From a virus, in the IMG/VR virus record IMGVR_UViG_3300006155_000004: DNA of 64,000 nucleotides, one strand, 5' to 3'. The position numbers were made by a program, and so were the translations under genes. The notes below the pieces were generated by a model. The model did no database searches, was not told the DNA's origin, and worked only from the letters and a program-made list of their open reading frames with translations. Shown here piece after piece: positions 9,301 through 17,969 of the stretch; within the stretch, counting starts at the first letter, position 1, and every line of letters starts with the position of its first letter.

Positions 9301-10159
9301 AAGATTGACGGATAAATCATATTGTATTTCTGATATTCGGGCAATACAGAAAGAAACATTTTATGAGGATATGGAATGCAGGCGTGGCTTTGACTTGTAT
9401 ACAGGAAAAGCCATTGACAAGCTGGCAGAATATGAGGATTTAGAGGAACAAGGGAAACTGCTGAAATTGCCAGTTGCAGTGGGAACCTGGGTATATGAAG
9501 TTTATCGGTTCATGGATGAGGGTGTTTGTGAGATTGATGTTCATAAAATCAAGCTAGAAGATTTAGAGAATATCGGAAAAACCGTTTTCCTCACCATAGA
9601 AGAAGCCGAGGATAAGCTGGCAGAAATGGAGGGGGAAGAAGCGAACGAGCGGAGAGTGATTATATACATAAGTGCTACCAAGCAAACCACAACCGCAAAA
9701 TGGCATTTAGAGGGAGTATATCCGTCTGATTTATGGGTTGCGATATTACATGATATTTCAGATTTAAAGCCATTTTTGGGAGAATCAAAAGTAATCATTA
9801 AGTTTAGCGATAGAACCAGGGAGGCCGTGTTTTATTTTAGCGGCGGAAAACTGATACAAGCAGGTCAAAACGAATTAGATTTTTGGGTTAAGAAATCAGA
9901 AAAGGAAAGCGAGGAAAAATCAATGTTACATAATGTGACCGTAAAACATGAGGAAGACAAGGTGCTTGAAGAATTTTGGGTAATGAGGGCGGTAAAAGAG
10001 GGGAAATTACCATTTGATTTCAAAAAGACAGTTATTGACGAAAGAAAATTAGACCATGAGCCGAGCAAAAGCGAAATCGCACAATTCCTAGCCGACAGCA
10101 AAGCGGATTTCGTGTCGGTGGTGCAGAATTACAGATTTGAAAATGAGTTGCCGTTTTAG
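9284..10159 (+). CDS. hypothetical protein (same paralog family, N-terminal half)
   Basis: ORF track; LKLPVAVGTWVY...IGKTVFLTIEEAEDKLAEM. Confidence 0.7.
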   Translation: MERLTERLTDKSYCISDIRAIQKETFYEDMECRRGFDLYTGKAIDKLAEYEDLEEQGKLLKLPVAVGTWVYEVYRFMDEGVCEIDVHKIKLEDLENIGKTVFLTIEEAEDKLAEMEGEEANERRVIIYISATKQTTTAKWHLEGVYPSDLWVAILHDISDLKPFLGESKVIIKFSDRTREAVFYFSGGKLIQAGQNELDFWVKKSEKESEEKSMLHNVTVKHEEDKVLEEFWVMRAVKEGKLPFDFKKTVIDERKLDHEPSKSEIAQFLADSKADFVSVVQNYRFENELPF

Positions 10160-10177
10160 GGAAAGGAGATTGAGGGA

Positions 10178-10504
10178 ATGAAACTTTATATTTTTAAAAC
10201 ATCGAATTGGAGTCATAAGCCAAAACTTACAATGGAAGAATTTGAGGTTGAGGAAAAACCGAAAACCTATGTATGCAAAGGAAGACGATTTAACAAAGAA
10301 GATATAGAAAAGGTAAGCGGATATGACTTTGATGAGTGTATGCTACTTGAAAACAATCCGTCTAAGGCTTGCGAAATTCTTTTGAAAAGAAAAGAGTTGG
10401 AATTGAAATGGGCGGAGGAAAAGGTTGCTGATAAGAAAGCAGAAATCGAGAATTTGAAAAGATATATCAGAAGAGAAAGTGAGAGGAAAGGCAATGATTG
10501 TTAA
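10178..10504 (+). CDS. hypothetical protein
   Basis: ORF track; AAAGGAG RBS. Confidence 0.65.
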   Translation: MKLYIFKTSNWSHKPKLTMEEFEVEEKPKTYVCKGRRFNKEDIEKVSGYDFDECMLLENNPSKACEILLKRKELELKWAEEKVADKKAEIENLKRYIRRESERKGNDC

Positions 10505-10748
10505 GAGAAGAATTTTTGACGAATTAAACAAGAGATTAAAAGAGGCGAGGGAAGAAAACGAAGAATTACGGAAGAAAAATAATGATTTGAACAGAAGAAT
10601 AAAAAGTGAGAGAGTAACGGGGTGTTGGTGCAGGACCTGTAAAAATTCCGTTGCAGAAACACATCAAACTGTATACGGAGATTACAAAACATATGATTGT
10701 TTGCTTGATGTGAAATGCAACGATTATGAGAGATTGGAGGATAAATAA
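10494..10748 (+). CDS. hypothetical coiled-coil/Cys protein
   Basis: In-frame ATG 10494 with GAGAGGAAAGG RBS inside ORF 10479..10748. Confidence 0.6.
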   Translation: MIVKRRIFDELNKRLKEAREENEELRKKNNDLNRRIKSERVTGCWCRTCKNSVAETHQTVYGDYKTYDCLLDVKCNDYERLEDK

Positions 10749-10749
10749 T

Positions 10750-11172
10750 ATGAATCGTGTAATTTTAATGGGACGCTTGACAAAAGACCCAGACGTAAGA
10801 TATTCACAAGGCAATAATCCAATGGCGATAGCAAGGTACACGCTAGCAGTTGAGCGAAAATTCAAGCGTGACGGCGAGGCGAACGCAGATTTTATTAACT
10901 GTATCGCATTTGGGAAGAATGGCGAGTTTGCGGAGAAGTATCTGCATAAGGGGATTAAGATAGCAGTTGTCGGTCGTATTCAGACGGGAAGTTATACAAA
11001 TAAAGACGGCGTAAAAGTATATACAACAGATGTGGTTGTGGAAGAACATGAGTTTGCAGAGAGCAAGAACACAAATCAACAGAATGAGCAAAGCAACAGA
11101 CCGCAACCAAGTAATTCTGATGATGACTTCATGCAAATTCCCGACAATATGGAGGACTTGCCATTCAACTGA
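10750..11172 (+). CDS. ssb: single-stranded DNA-binding protein
   Basis: MNRVILMGRLTKDPDVRY OB-fold start, Q/N-rich linker and acidic ...DLPF tail typical of bacterial/phage SSB. Confidence 0.9.
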   Translation: MNRVILMGRLTKDPDVRYSQGNNPMAIARYTLAVERKFKRDGEANADFINCIAFGKNGEFAEKYLHKGIKIAVVGRIQTGSYTNKDGVKVYTTDVVVEEHEFAESKNTNQQNEQSNRPQPSNSDDDFMQIPDNMEDLPFN

Positions 11173-11185
11173 TTGGAGATATGAA

Positions 11186-11599
11186 ATGATTTGGAATTTA
11201 GTAATAATAGGAATAATATTTCTCGTTGGATTTTTGATAGATCACATTATCAAATACAAGGAATTGAAATTTGACAATATGATTTTGAAAAAACAAGTTG
11301 ACGAAATCAGAAACAACTTCAAGATGTACAGAAGTATTTCTGATTGCGAAAATGCAGAGGTTGAAAAGTTAAAGAGCCAAAATGCAGAACTTCTTATGGA
11401 AAATATGCAACTCAAATCTCTTATTGGTGCATATCGGAATGTATATGGTTATCAGGACAAATATTCAACACCGCAAATTCCAAAAGATACGGTTGATGCT
11501 GTCCGATACGCCATGAAACACGCCCATCCAGACAACGGAGGAAATGCAGAAGATTTCATAAGGTTTCAAAAGTGCTATGAGGAATTGACGAGGAAGTGA
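11186..11599 (+). CDS. membrane-anchored coiled-coil protein with J-domain-like HPD motif
   Basis: In-frame ATG 11186; N-terminal TM helix; C-terminal YAMKHAHPDNGGNAEDFIRFQKCYEEL resembles the DnaJ J-domain helix II-III signature. Confidence 0.55.
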   Translation: MIWNLVIIGIIFLVGFLIDHIIKYKELKFDNMILKKQVDEIRNNFKMYRSISDCENAEVEKLKSQNAELLMENMQLKSLIGAYRNVYGYQDKYSTPQIPKDTVDAVRYAMKHAHPDNGGNAEDFIRFQKCYEELTRK

Positions 11600-11609
11600 G
11601 GTTGAGAAG

Positions 11610-11951
11610 ATGAAAGAAGCATTAGAGAAAATAAGAGATTTGTGCAGGAAGAATGATGAAGATAGCCACAGATACGAAAAAGAGGGAAATTTATCAATGG
11701 CTATCATGGCAGGAGTTAGAACACAGTGTTATGAGGAATGTTTTGAAATTGTGAACAGCTGTGAAAACAAAGATAAAGATGAGGAATTGAAGCACTTTCT
11801 TGAAATTGAAATCGAGCAGGCAGAAAAACGAATGAAAGAAGAATCCAACCCTACATTTAACGGACTTATCGTAGGACATGAATTTCAAATTGAGTTGAAC
11901 AAAGGACATATACGCTTTTGCAAAGAAGTGTTGAAAATGTTAGCAAAATAA
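11610..11951 (+). CDS. hypothetical protein
   Basis: ORF track; GTGAGG RBS. Confidence 0.65.
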   Translation: MKEALEKIRDLCRKNDEDSHRYEKEGNLSMAIMAGVRTQCYEECFEIVNSCENKDKDEELKHFLEIEIEQAEKRMKEESNPTFNGLIVGHEFQIELNKGHIRFCKEVLKMLAK

Positions 11952-12024
11952 AATTTAAGGATTGGAGGTAATGGAGGTTTGATGGCACAGATGAATTTAT
12001 TTGATTTTATGGGAGGTTGAGGGA

Positions 12025-12383
12025 ATGGCATACGACTTAAATTCAGACTTTGACATAGAACAGCACAAGAAAACTTTTATTCATTATCTCGAAGTGGTGA
12101 TTGATGGAAACGGAAAGATAATGTATGCCGTTCCGTCACATCAAGAAAAGCTGATTACCCTTGCTCGTGAAAAGCTGAATGTCACAAGAGAAGAATTAAA
12201 TGCCATTGTCCGCAGGAGTATTATTTTGACTTTATGGCATGGCTATGCAAAATAAGTGGTACTTGTGCGGTTTGGGAGAATTTTATTCAGTGCGACAATC
12301 TGACAGAACGGCAGATGAGGGCGTTGCAGATGTTGAAAGATAATGGATTGTATTTAGGAGAAATTCCGAAGGAGGTTGATTGA
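12025..12383 (+). pseudogene. hypothetical gene with an apparent frame break (frame 1 to 12255, protein-like continuation in frame 0 to 12383)
   Basis: ATG 12025 with GGGAGG RBS. Frame 0 is open 12171-12383 and reads ...CHCPQEYYFDFMAWLCKISGTCAVWENFIQCDNLTERQMRALQMLKDNGLYLGEIPKEVD with no RBS of its own. Confidence 0.45.
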
Positions 12384-12385
12384 AT

Positions 12386-12595
12386 ATGAAAAATAAAATT
12401 AAGAAAATTTTGAATTTTGTTACAGATATAGTACTTATATATTCTGTACTTATGATGATTTTTGTTGTGTTTTTCTTTTTGGTTGCAATACCGACTGTTT
12501 CGTTACCATTTTTGATACTTTCTGTGGCGATTAAAATTATTCCGATGATAAGCAAGAAAAAGGAGGACACCCAAAATGCTAACCATGCCAATTAA
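12386..12595 (+). CDS. small membrane protein
   Basis: ATG 12386, 10 nt after GGAGG; two hydrophobic helices. Confidence 0.6.
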   Translation: MKNKIKKILNFVTDIVLIYSVLMMIFVVFFFLVAIPTVSLPFLILSVAIKIIPMISKKKEDTQNANHAN

Positions 12596-12630
12596 AAAGA
12601 AGTGGTTAGGAGAGAGGAAAGAGAGGAAAT

Positions 12631-12786
12631 ATGGAGAAATTATTTGATGTTTATTTTACAAAAGCTGACAGAAAAGAATACAAAGTTAGATATTGCTGCA
12701 TTGATAAAAGTCAAGCAAGAAGATTATTCTTTTCTGAAATCCAAAAGGGAGAAGAATTAAAAAGAATTGTCGAGGTCAAGGAGTAG
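12631..12786 (+). CDS. hypothetical small protein (51 aa)
   Basis: Hand-translated; AGAGGAAA purine-rich RBS. Confidence 0.45.
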   Translation: MEKLFDVYFTKADRKEYKVRYCCIDKSQARRLFFSEIQKGEELKRIVEVKE

Positions 12787-12836
12787 CATTTTATCCTGAC
12801 GGCGCAGGAAATTTTGAATGGAAGTGAGGATTAAGT

Positions 12837-12989
12837 ATGGATAACGAGAAAATGACAGTTGTTGACGCAAGGAAAATTTTGCAGATTATGAATGACTGTT
12901 GCAAAGGTCTGATTTTCACAAAAGATGAAGTAAGTCAGATTGCTGCAATTTGTTTGAAAGCAATAGAACGAGTAGAAAGTGAGGATTAA
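12837..12989 (+). CDS. hypothetical small protein (50 aa)
   Basis: Hand-translated; GTGAGGA RBS. Confidence 0.45.
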   Translation: MDNEKMTVVDARKILQIMNDCCKGLIFTKDEVSQIAAICLKAIERVESED

Positions 12990-12991
12990 CT

Positions 12992-13252
12992 ATGGCTTGT
13001 GCATTAGGAATAGAACAGGATTGTAACGAGTGCAGAATGTGTGGAAATGGGAAAGGCGGTAAGAAGATGACAAATTTTGAACGGATTAAGGGAATGGGAA
13101 TTGGAGAGCTAGCAGAGGTATTAGAGGATAGGGATATAGTATTTTCATGTAATAAATGCCCTGCAAAGAAAAACAAAGGGCATGGATGCCCTGAACAAAG
13201 TTGCTTGCCATACATTAAGGAATGGTTAGAAAGCGAGTGTGATGTGGAATGA
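12992..13252 (+). CDS. hypothetical Cys-rich protein
   Basis: ORF track; GTGAGGA RBS. Confidence 0.6.
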   Translation: MACALGIEQDCNECRMCGNGKGGKKMTNFERIKGMGIGELAEVLEDRDIVFSCNKCPAKKNKGHGCPEQSCLPYIKEWLESECDVE

Positions 13253-13428
13253 ACAAAGCATTGGCAGAGTTTGTAATGTGTTTTTCTCTTTTGTATCTGA
13301 TTGAGGGGATACACAATTCATTTAAAAAGAAAACCAATATGGCATATAAGATTTCACATATTTTATATCCATTGTTTATGGTTGGGGTGATGATTTATTT
13401 CTTGATTTCAGGAGTAATAGTGGATTAG
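13249..13428 (+). CDS. small membrane protein (59 aa)
   Basis: Hand-translated; ATGA start/stop overlap with the upstream gene. Confidence 0.5.
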   Translation: MNKALAEFVMCFSLLYLIEGIHNSFKKKTNMAYKISHILYPLFMVGVMIYFLISGVIVD

Positions 13429-13444
13429 GGGGTGTTGGTAAAAC

Positions 13445-13612
13445 ATGAAACCATTATGTCAAACGTATATCAATATATTTCATTTCCCAGAGTGTTGTGC
13501 GGAGAATTTGACGGATTGCGTAAGGCTGATTACGAATTGTGGGAATTACAGCAGGCATGATATGGGAGAAAGCGAGAATAAAAAGGAGGAAAATCAGAAT
13601 GAACAGAATTAA
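13445..13612 (+). CDS. hypothetical small Cys-containing protein (55 aa)
   Basis: Hand-translated ATG 13445 to TAA 13610-13612; weak RBS. Confidence 0.35.
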   Translation: MKPLCQTYINIFHFPECCAENLTDCVRLITNCGNYSRHDMGESENKKEENQNEQN

Positions 13613-13757
13613 ATTATGGATTTCAAAGTTTATATGCAAATGGAGTGACTTTGCAGAAATGGGGAATGACAAGGATATTTTGGAGTTGAAGAAAAGTATT
13701 AAGGCTTATGAAAACGGAATAGCCAAAAGAAAAGATATGGAGTGTGATAACCAGTGA
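13599..13757 (+). CDS. hypothetical small protein (52 aa)
   Basis: In-frame ATG 13599 with AAGGAGGA RBS inside ORF 13539..13757. Confidence 0.45.
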   Translation: MNRIKLWISKFICKWSDFAEMGNDKDILELKKSIKAYENGIAKRKDMECDNQ

Positions 13758-13858
13758 GCAACCGACAGAACATAGCCAAAGCAAAAGCCATAGAGCAGAA
13801 GAACAAGAAGCGTCTGCTTGCGGTTAATCCAAAACTTGACAAGAAAAGCGGCATTTGA
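13754..13858 (+). pseudogene. 34-codon relic homologous to the 5' end of the GIY-YIG gene at 15882
   Basis: VSNRQNIAKAKAIEQKNKKRLLAVNPKLDKKSGI* aligns with MKSNYKNIAKVKVIERKNEQKLLAVNPKLDNGSGIYIL... of 15882..16475 and stops inside the GIY motif. Confidence 0.6.
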
Positions 13859-13881
13859 ATTTGAATGTGAGGTGAAATATT

Positions 13882-15885
13882 GTGATTGAATTATTGGAAC
13901 ACAACAAAGAAACCTACAAAAGATTATGTGATTTACTGGAAAATAACAATAAATGCGCTTTAGTGCAGGCAACAGGCACAGGGAAAAGTTATATTGCAGG
14001 GAGGTACATAGAAGAACACGCAGAAACATCCTTAATACTTGTGCCAACAAACGCAATAGCTGATGCATGGGAAGAACTGCTTGCAGGAACGGAAAAGGAA
14101 GTCAATATCATAACCTATCAAGCCTTTGCGAAAGAACCGAAGAATTATCTTGATTATGATTTAGTGATTGCTGATGAAATGCACCACTTGGGAAGTGATG
14201 TATGGGGCAAGAAATTTGTTGAAACCTACTTGCAGAGCGAAAACCATAAAATCATAGGATTAACCGCTACGGAAATCCGTTATCTTGATAATTCAAGGGA
14301 TATGGCAGAAGAAATCTTTGAGAATATGAGGATTGACGGTTGCGACTTGTCAACAGCGATAAATACAGGCGTTCTTCCTACGTTCAAGTATGTTTCCGCA
14401 TTATATTGTGATGAAAGCGATTTTGACGAATGGAAAGAAAAAGCAGAGAAGATAAAGGACATAAAAACACAAACAGAACTCAAAGGGCGGTTAGATGTCT
14501 GTATTAAAAACATGGTATCGGTAAAACAGGCGGTCAATGAAAATCTGACTGACGATTACAAGAAAATCATTGTGTTTCTGAATAATGTGGAATCGAAAGA
14601 AACAGCACTCGAAATGTTTAAAGATGTGTTTCCGAAAGCTAATTTTTATGACGTGGATTACAGCAAGCAACGGACAGCGAACAATGAGCAGATAAACAAG
14701 TTTAAGGAAGACGGAAACAGGGCGGTATTGTTTGCGGTGGATATGCTGAATGAGGGAATCCATATCAAAGGTACGGATTGCGTGATTATGTTCAGAAAGA
14801 CGGTATCTCCGCAGGTGTATTTACAGCAGTTGGGGCGTGGACTTGCAAGCGGAACGGATAAAACGCCTGTTATATTTGATTTTGTTGGAAATGAAAATTT
14901 GAAATTAAAAGCAAAATATGAAGCAGAAGAAAGCGCTGAAATAATAAATCGAATAGATGGGAACTTAGATAAAGAACATAAGATAATTTTTAAAACATAT
15001 TTATCTGACATAGAAAATTGTATTAATTCGATATGCTCTTTGTGTTTCAATTATTTTAAAGAAGACGAAATTGCGTTTATTAAAGAAAATTATGGAAAGA
15101 TAAACACAAAAGAAATTGCTAAAATTTTAGGAAGAAGCAAGGGTGTAATACATAATCTTGCAGCAAGGCTTGGGATTGCAAAAACAATCGAAAACTGGAC
15201 AGATAAAGAAATAGAAATAGTCAGAAAAGAATATGCAAGCATAGGGGCAAAAGGAATAATTGAAAAATACAAAATTTCAAGAAGTGCAGATTCAATCCGT
15301 TCAAAGGCTAACAGTCTTGGAATTACTGTTAAATCCAATGATATATGGACTGATGAGCAAATAAGGTATTTAAAGGAAAACTGTACAGATAAAACATATG
15401 ATGAGATTGCGAAATATTTAGGAAGAAGCAAAAACTCTGTAATAAACAAGTTAAGAAGAATGGAAATTGATACAAATAAACAAAATTTGAAAAAGGTTTA
15501 TTCTTTTGATAAAAGAGGGAATTTCGCAAAAGAGTATAGATGCATTTCTGAATGTGCAAAGAACTTTGGAGTCGGAAATAGTTCCGTTAGGGCGGCGATA
15601 GAACACAATTACACGGTTAATGGATTTTATCTTTTCTACGAGCCGAATTTTAAGATAAAGAGCAAGACATACTCAAAAAAGAAAGTTATGAAACTCGATA
15701 AAAATCGAAACCTTATAAAGATATTTGACTCTGTAAAAGAAGCTACGGAAGAAAGCGGACTTTCCGAATTGTGGACAAGATTAAACAATAAAGTTGACAA
15801 CCATATTAAGGAAACTGAATTCGTATGGATGTATGAGGAAGATTATAAAAAGATGATTGCAGAACAGAAAGCAGGTGGAGCATGA
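13882..15885 (+). CDS. SF2 (DEAD/DEAH, ResIII-like) helicase fused to repeated HTH and homing-endonuclease-type (NUMOD-like) DNA-binding modules
   Basis: Walker A ATGTGKS, motif II DEMHH, TAT motif; C-terminal three W-T-x-x-E-I HTH-like repeats then two KKV-x-x-D-x-x-G...F-S-x-x-E-A modules. Confidence 0.75.
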   Translation: MIELLEHNKETYKRLCDLLENNNKCALVQATGTGKSYIAGRYIEEHAETSLILVPTNAIADAWEELLAGTEKEVNIITYQAFAKEPKNYLDYDLVIADEMHHLGSDVWGKKFVETYLQSENHKIIGLTATEIRYLDNSRDMAEEIFENMRIDGCDLSTAINTGVLPTFKYVSALYCDESDFDEWKEKAEKIKDIKTQTELKGRLDVCIKNMVSVKQAVNENLTDDYKKIIVFLNNVESKETALEMFKDVFPKANFYDVDYSKQRTANNEQINKFKEDGNRAVLFAVDMLNEGIHIKGTDCVIMFRKTVSPQVYLQQLGRGLASGTDKTPVIFDFVGNENLKLKAKYEAEESAEIINRIDGNLDKEHKIIFKTYLSDIENCINSICSLCFNYFKEDEIAFIKENYGKINTKEIAKILGRSKGVIHNLAARLGIAKTIENWTDKEIEIVRKEYASIGAKGIIEKYKISRSADSIRSKANSLGITVKSNDIWTDEQIRYLKENCTDKTYDEIAKYLGRSKNSVINKLRRMEIDTNKQNLKKVYSFDKRGNFAKEYRCISECAKNFGVGNSSVRAAIEHNYTVNGFYLFYEPNFKIKSKTYSKKKVMKLDKNRNLIKIFDSVKEATEESGLSELWTRLNNKVDNHIKETEFVWMYEEDYKKMIAEQKAGGA

Positions 15886-16475
15886 AAAGCAATTATAAAA
15901 ATATCGCAAAAGTAAAGGTTATTGAAAGAAAGAATGAGCAGAAATTACTTGCAGTCAATCCTAAGTTGGATAATGGGAGCGGGATTTACATACTTTGGAG
16001 AACAGAAGTCCATGCCTATGTAGGGCAGAGTGTAGGGTTGCTTACCAGATTAGCACAACACCTTGCAGGATATAGCCAACATATAGATTTGTCGCTAAAA
16101 AAGCACAAACTTTATTCTTCTGAAAATCCATATGGATATAGGGTTGACTTTATCCATTGCGATAAATCGGAATTGGACGATAAAGAACGGGAATATATCC
16201 AAAAGTGTATTGATAAAGGGTGGGTATTGAAAAACAAGACTTCTGGCGGTCAAGATGACGGAAAGGAAAAGATTGCAGATTATAAACCGCCAAAGACATA
16301 CAGACAGGGCATACAAGCCGGAAAGAAAACCCTTGCAAGGGAACTTTCCTCTATCATCAGTAAGCATTTGACTGTAAGGCTGAAAGATGAAAAGCAGGGA
16401 AATAAAGTATCGGAGAAGCAGCTTGAAAAATTTAATCAATTATTAGATGAAAACACATATAAAACGGAGGAATAG
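15882..16475 (+). CDS. GIY-YIG nuclease domain protein
   Basis: SGIYILW...AYVGQS...R...E spacing of the GIY-YIG motif; ATGA overlap with the helicase stop. Confidence 0.7.
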   Translation: MKSNYKNIAKVKVIERKNEQKLLAVNPKLDNGSGIYILWRTEVHAYVGQSVGLLTRLAQHLAGYSQHIDLSLKKHKLYSSENPYGYRVDFIHCDKSELDDKEREYIQKCIDKGWVLKNKTSGGQDDGKEKIADYKPPKTYRQGIQAGKKTLARELSSIISKHLTVRLKDEKQGNKVSEKQLEKFNQLLDENTYKTEE

Positions 16476-16478
16476 CAG

Positions 16479-16700
16479 ATGAAATATAAAGAGTTTCGTG
16501 CATGGTGCAATCAAAGAGCGGCTGATGGGTGCTGGGGGATGCAAACTGCAATGTTTTGTGTTTGGGTTGTGGATGAGATCAGGAAAATCCCATTTTGGAA
16601 ACGCGAAAAAGTTTGGAAAGAGAAATATGAGGAAGAAATAATGCGAGATGTTGTAGGACCAATAGAAAAGAAAATCAAGGAAGTATACGAGGAAATTTAA
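16479..16700 (+). CDS. hypothetical protein
   Basis: ORF track; ACGGAGGA RBS. Confidence 0.65.
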   Translation: MKYKEFRAWCNQRAADGCWGMQTAMFCVWVVDEIRKIPFWKREKVWKEKYEEEIMRDVVGPIEKKIKEVYEEI

Positions 16701-16736
16701 TCGGATTTTGGATGAAAATAATTATGGAGGTTGAGT

Positions 16737-16895
16737 ATGGAAATGGTTCAAGACGGCGTTGAGGTTTATTGTCTGCCGGATAACGCCTATTGCAATGCAG
16801 ACGAAGAAAAGAGAAGCCCGCTTGATATTGACGATTGCCCTATTGGGTGTGCAGTGTGTAGCGGAGATTGTTACCATTATAGGGAAGATGATTGA
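16737..16895 (+). CDS. hypothetical Cys-rich small protein (52 aa)
   Basis: Hand-translated; GGAGG RBS at 16725-16729. Confidence 0.5.
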   Translation: MEMVQDGVEVYCLPDNAYCNADEEKRSPLDIDDCPIGCAVCSGDCYHYREDD

Positions 16896-16919
16896 AATTA
16901 TAAGAAATGAGGTGCGGTT

Positions 16920-17197
16920 ATGAGTGCTAAGGAATATGCAAGGTTAATGAGAGAAGAATTGTATCGGCAGAATAAAAGCGTTTTGGAAGTCACAGACGAT
17001 TTATGGCTTGCCATTGCAGATAATATGGAAAAATTTGCAGAATGGGCGGTTGAGGAATATAAGGAAAGGGCGGTTGAACAGTTGGAGAAAGCAAAAAAAA
17101 TTTTACCGGCATGGGTACTTTGCAATCGGCTTATTTTGACAAAGGGATTGATAAGGCTATTGAAATTGTCAAGTCTGGCGGTGTTGCGGATGATTAG
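16920..17197 (+). CDS. hypothetical protein needing a -1 frame change at an A8 tract (17093-17100)
   Basis: Frame 0 up to ...EQLEKAKK. Frame 2 then reads NFTGMGTLQSAYFDKGIDKAIEIVKSGGVADD* (protein-like), while frame 0 reads L-rich junk until an internal ATG. Confidence 0.45.
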
Positions 17198-17375
17198 ATA
17201 CGAAAATCAATGTATAGATTGCGGTTTTCCATGCAGATATGAGGCTTGCAGGTATTACAAGGTTGCAATCCCTGTCTGCGGCGAATGTGGGGAAGATGTG
17301 GACAAGTTATATCGTTTGGACGGGGAAGAATTATGCGAAACCTGCGTGTTGAGGAGATTGGAGGTTGTGGAGTGA
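17190..17375 (+). CDS. small zinc-ribbon protein (61 aa)
   Basis: ATG 17190 overlaps the frame-2 TAG (17195-17197) in an ATGATTAG arrangement; CIDCG...CGECG...CETC. Confidence 0.5.
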   Translation: MIRYENQCIDCGFPCRYEACRYYKVAIPVCGECGEDVDKLYRLDGEELCETCVLRRLEVVE

Positions 17376-17623
17376 TATTTGTATCAAAGAAAAAGAAAAT
17401 TAAACTCGGAAAGTTGATAGCGGCTACAAAACAAATAGCAGTACATTCTATCGGCGAAACAGACAAGAAAACGCAGATTGAGAATATGAGCAAAATTGTT
17501 GAAAACCTTGCAAGCATAGCTTTTGAAATAGGCGGAGAACGATTCGCAATGATTGATGTTGTTGCCTCCGAATACACCTTGCAGGAAGCACTTAAAAAGA
17601 GAATTGAGGGCAAAAATGGATAA
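17372..17623 (+). CDS. hypothetical protein
   Basis: GTG 17372, 7 nt after GAGG, overlapping the upstream TGA; in frame with ORF 17246..17623. Confidence 0.5.
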   Translation: MIFVSKKKKIKLGKLIAATKQIAVHSIGETDKKTQIENMSKIVENLASIAFEIGGERFAMIDVVASEYTLQEALKKRIEGKNG

Positions 17624-17969
17624 GAGAAAATACACAATATACTGTGTGGATTTTGATGGAACTTTATGCGAAAGCATATATCCTGGCATAGGCAATCCGA
17701 ACATGGAACTGATAAACCATCTAATCAAACGCCGGAAACAGGGAAATAAAGTCATTCTGTGGACTTGCAGAGTTGGTGACAGGCTGAATGAAGCAGTTGA
17801 GTGGTGTAGGCAGTACGGTCTTGAATTTGACGCTGTGAATGAGAATCTGCCGGAAATGATTGAATGGTTTGGTACAGATTCCAGAAAAATTCATGCAGAT
17901 ATATTTATTGACGATAAGGCGGTAAACAAGCCAAAATATCATGTTCCTTATAAGGAGGTGGCGGAATGA
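17616..17969 (+). CDS. HAD-superfamily phosphatase-like protein
   Basis: In-frame ATG 17616; DFDGT (DxDxT) motif at residues 12-16. Confidence 0.6.
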   Translation: MDKRKYTIYCVDFDGTLCESIYPGIGNPNMELINHLIKRRKQGNKVILWTCRVGDRLNEAVEWCRQYGLEFDAVNENLPEMIEWFGTDSRKIHADIFIDDKAVNKPKYHVPYKEVAE

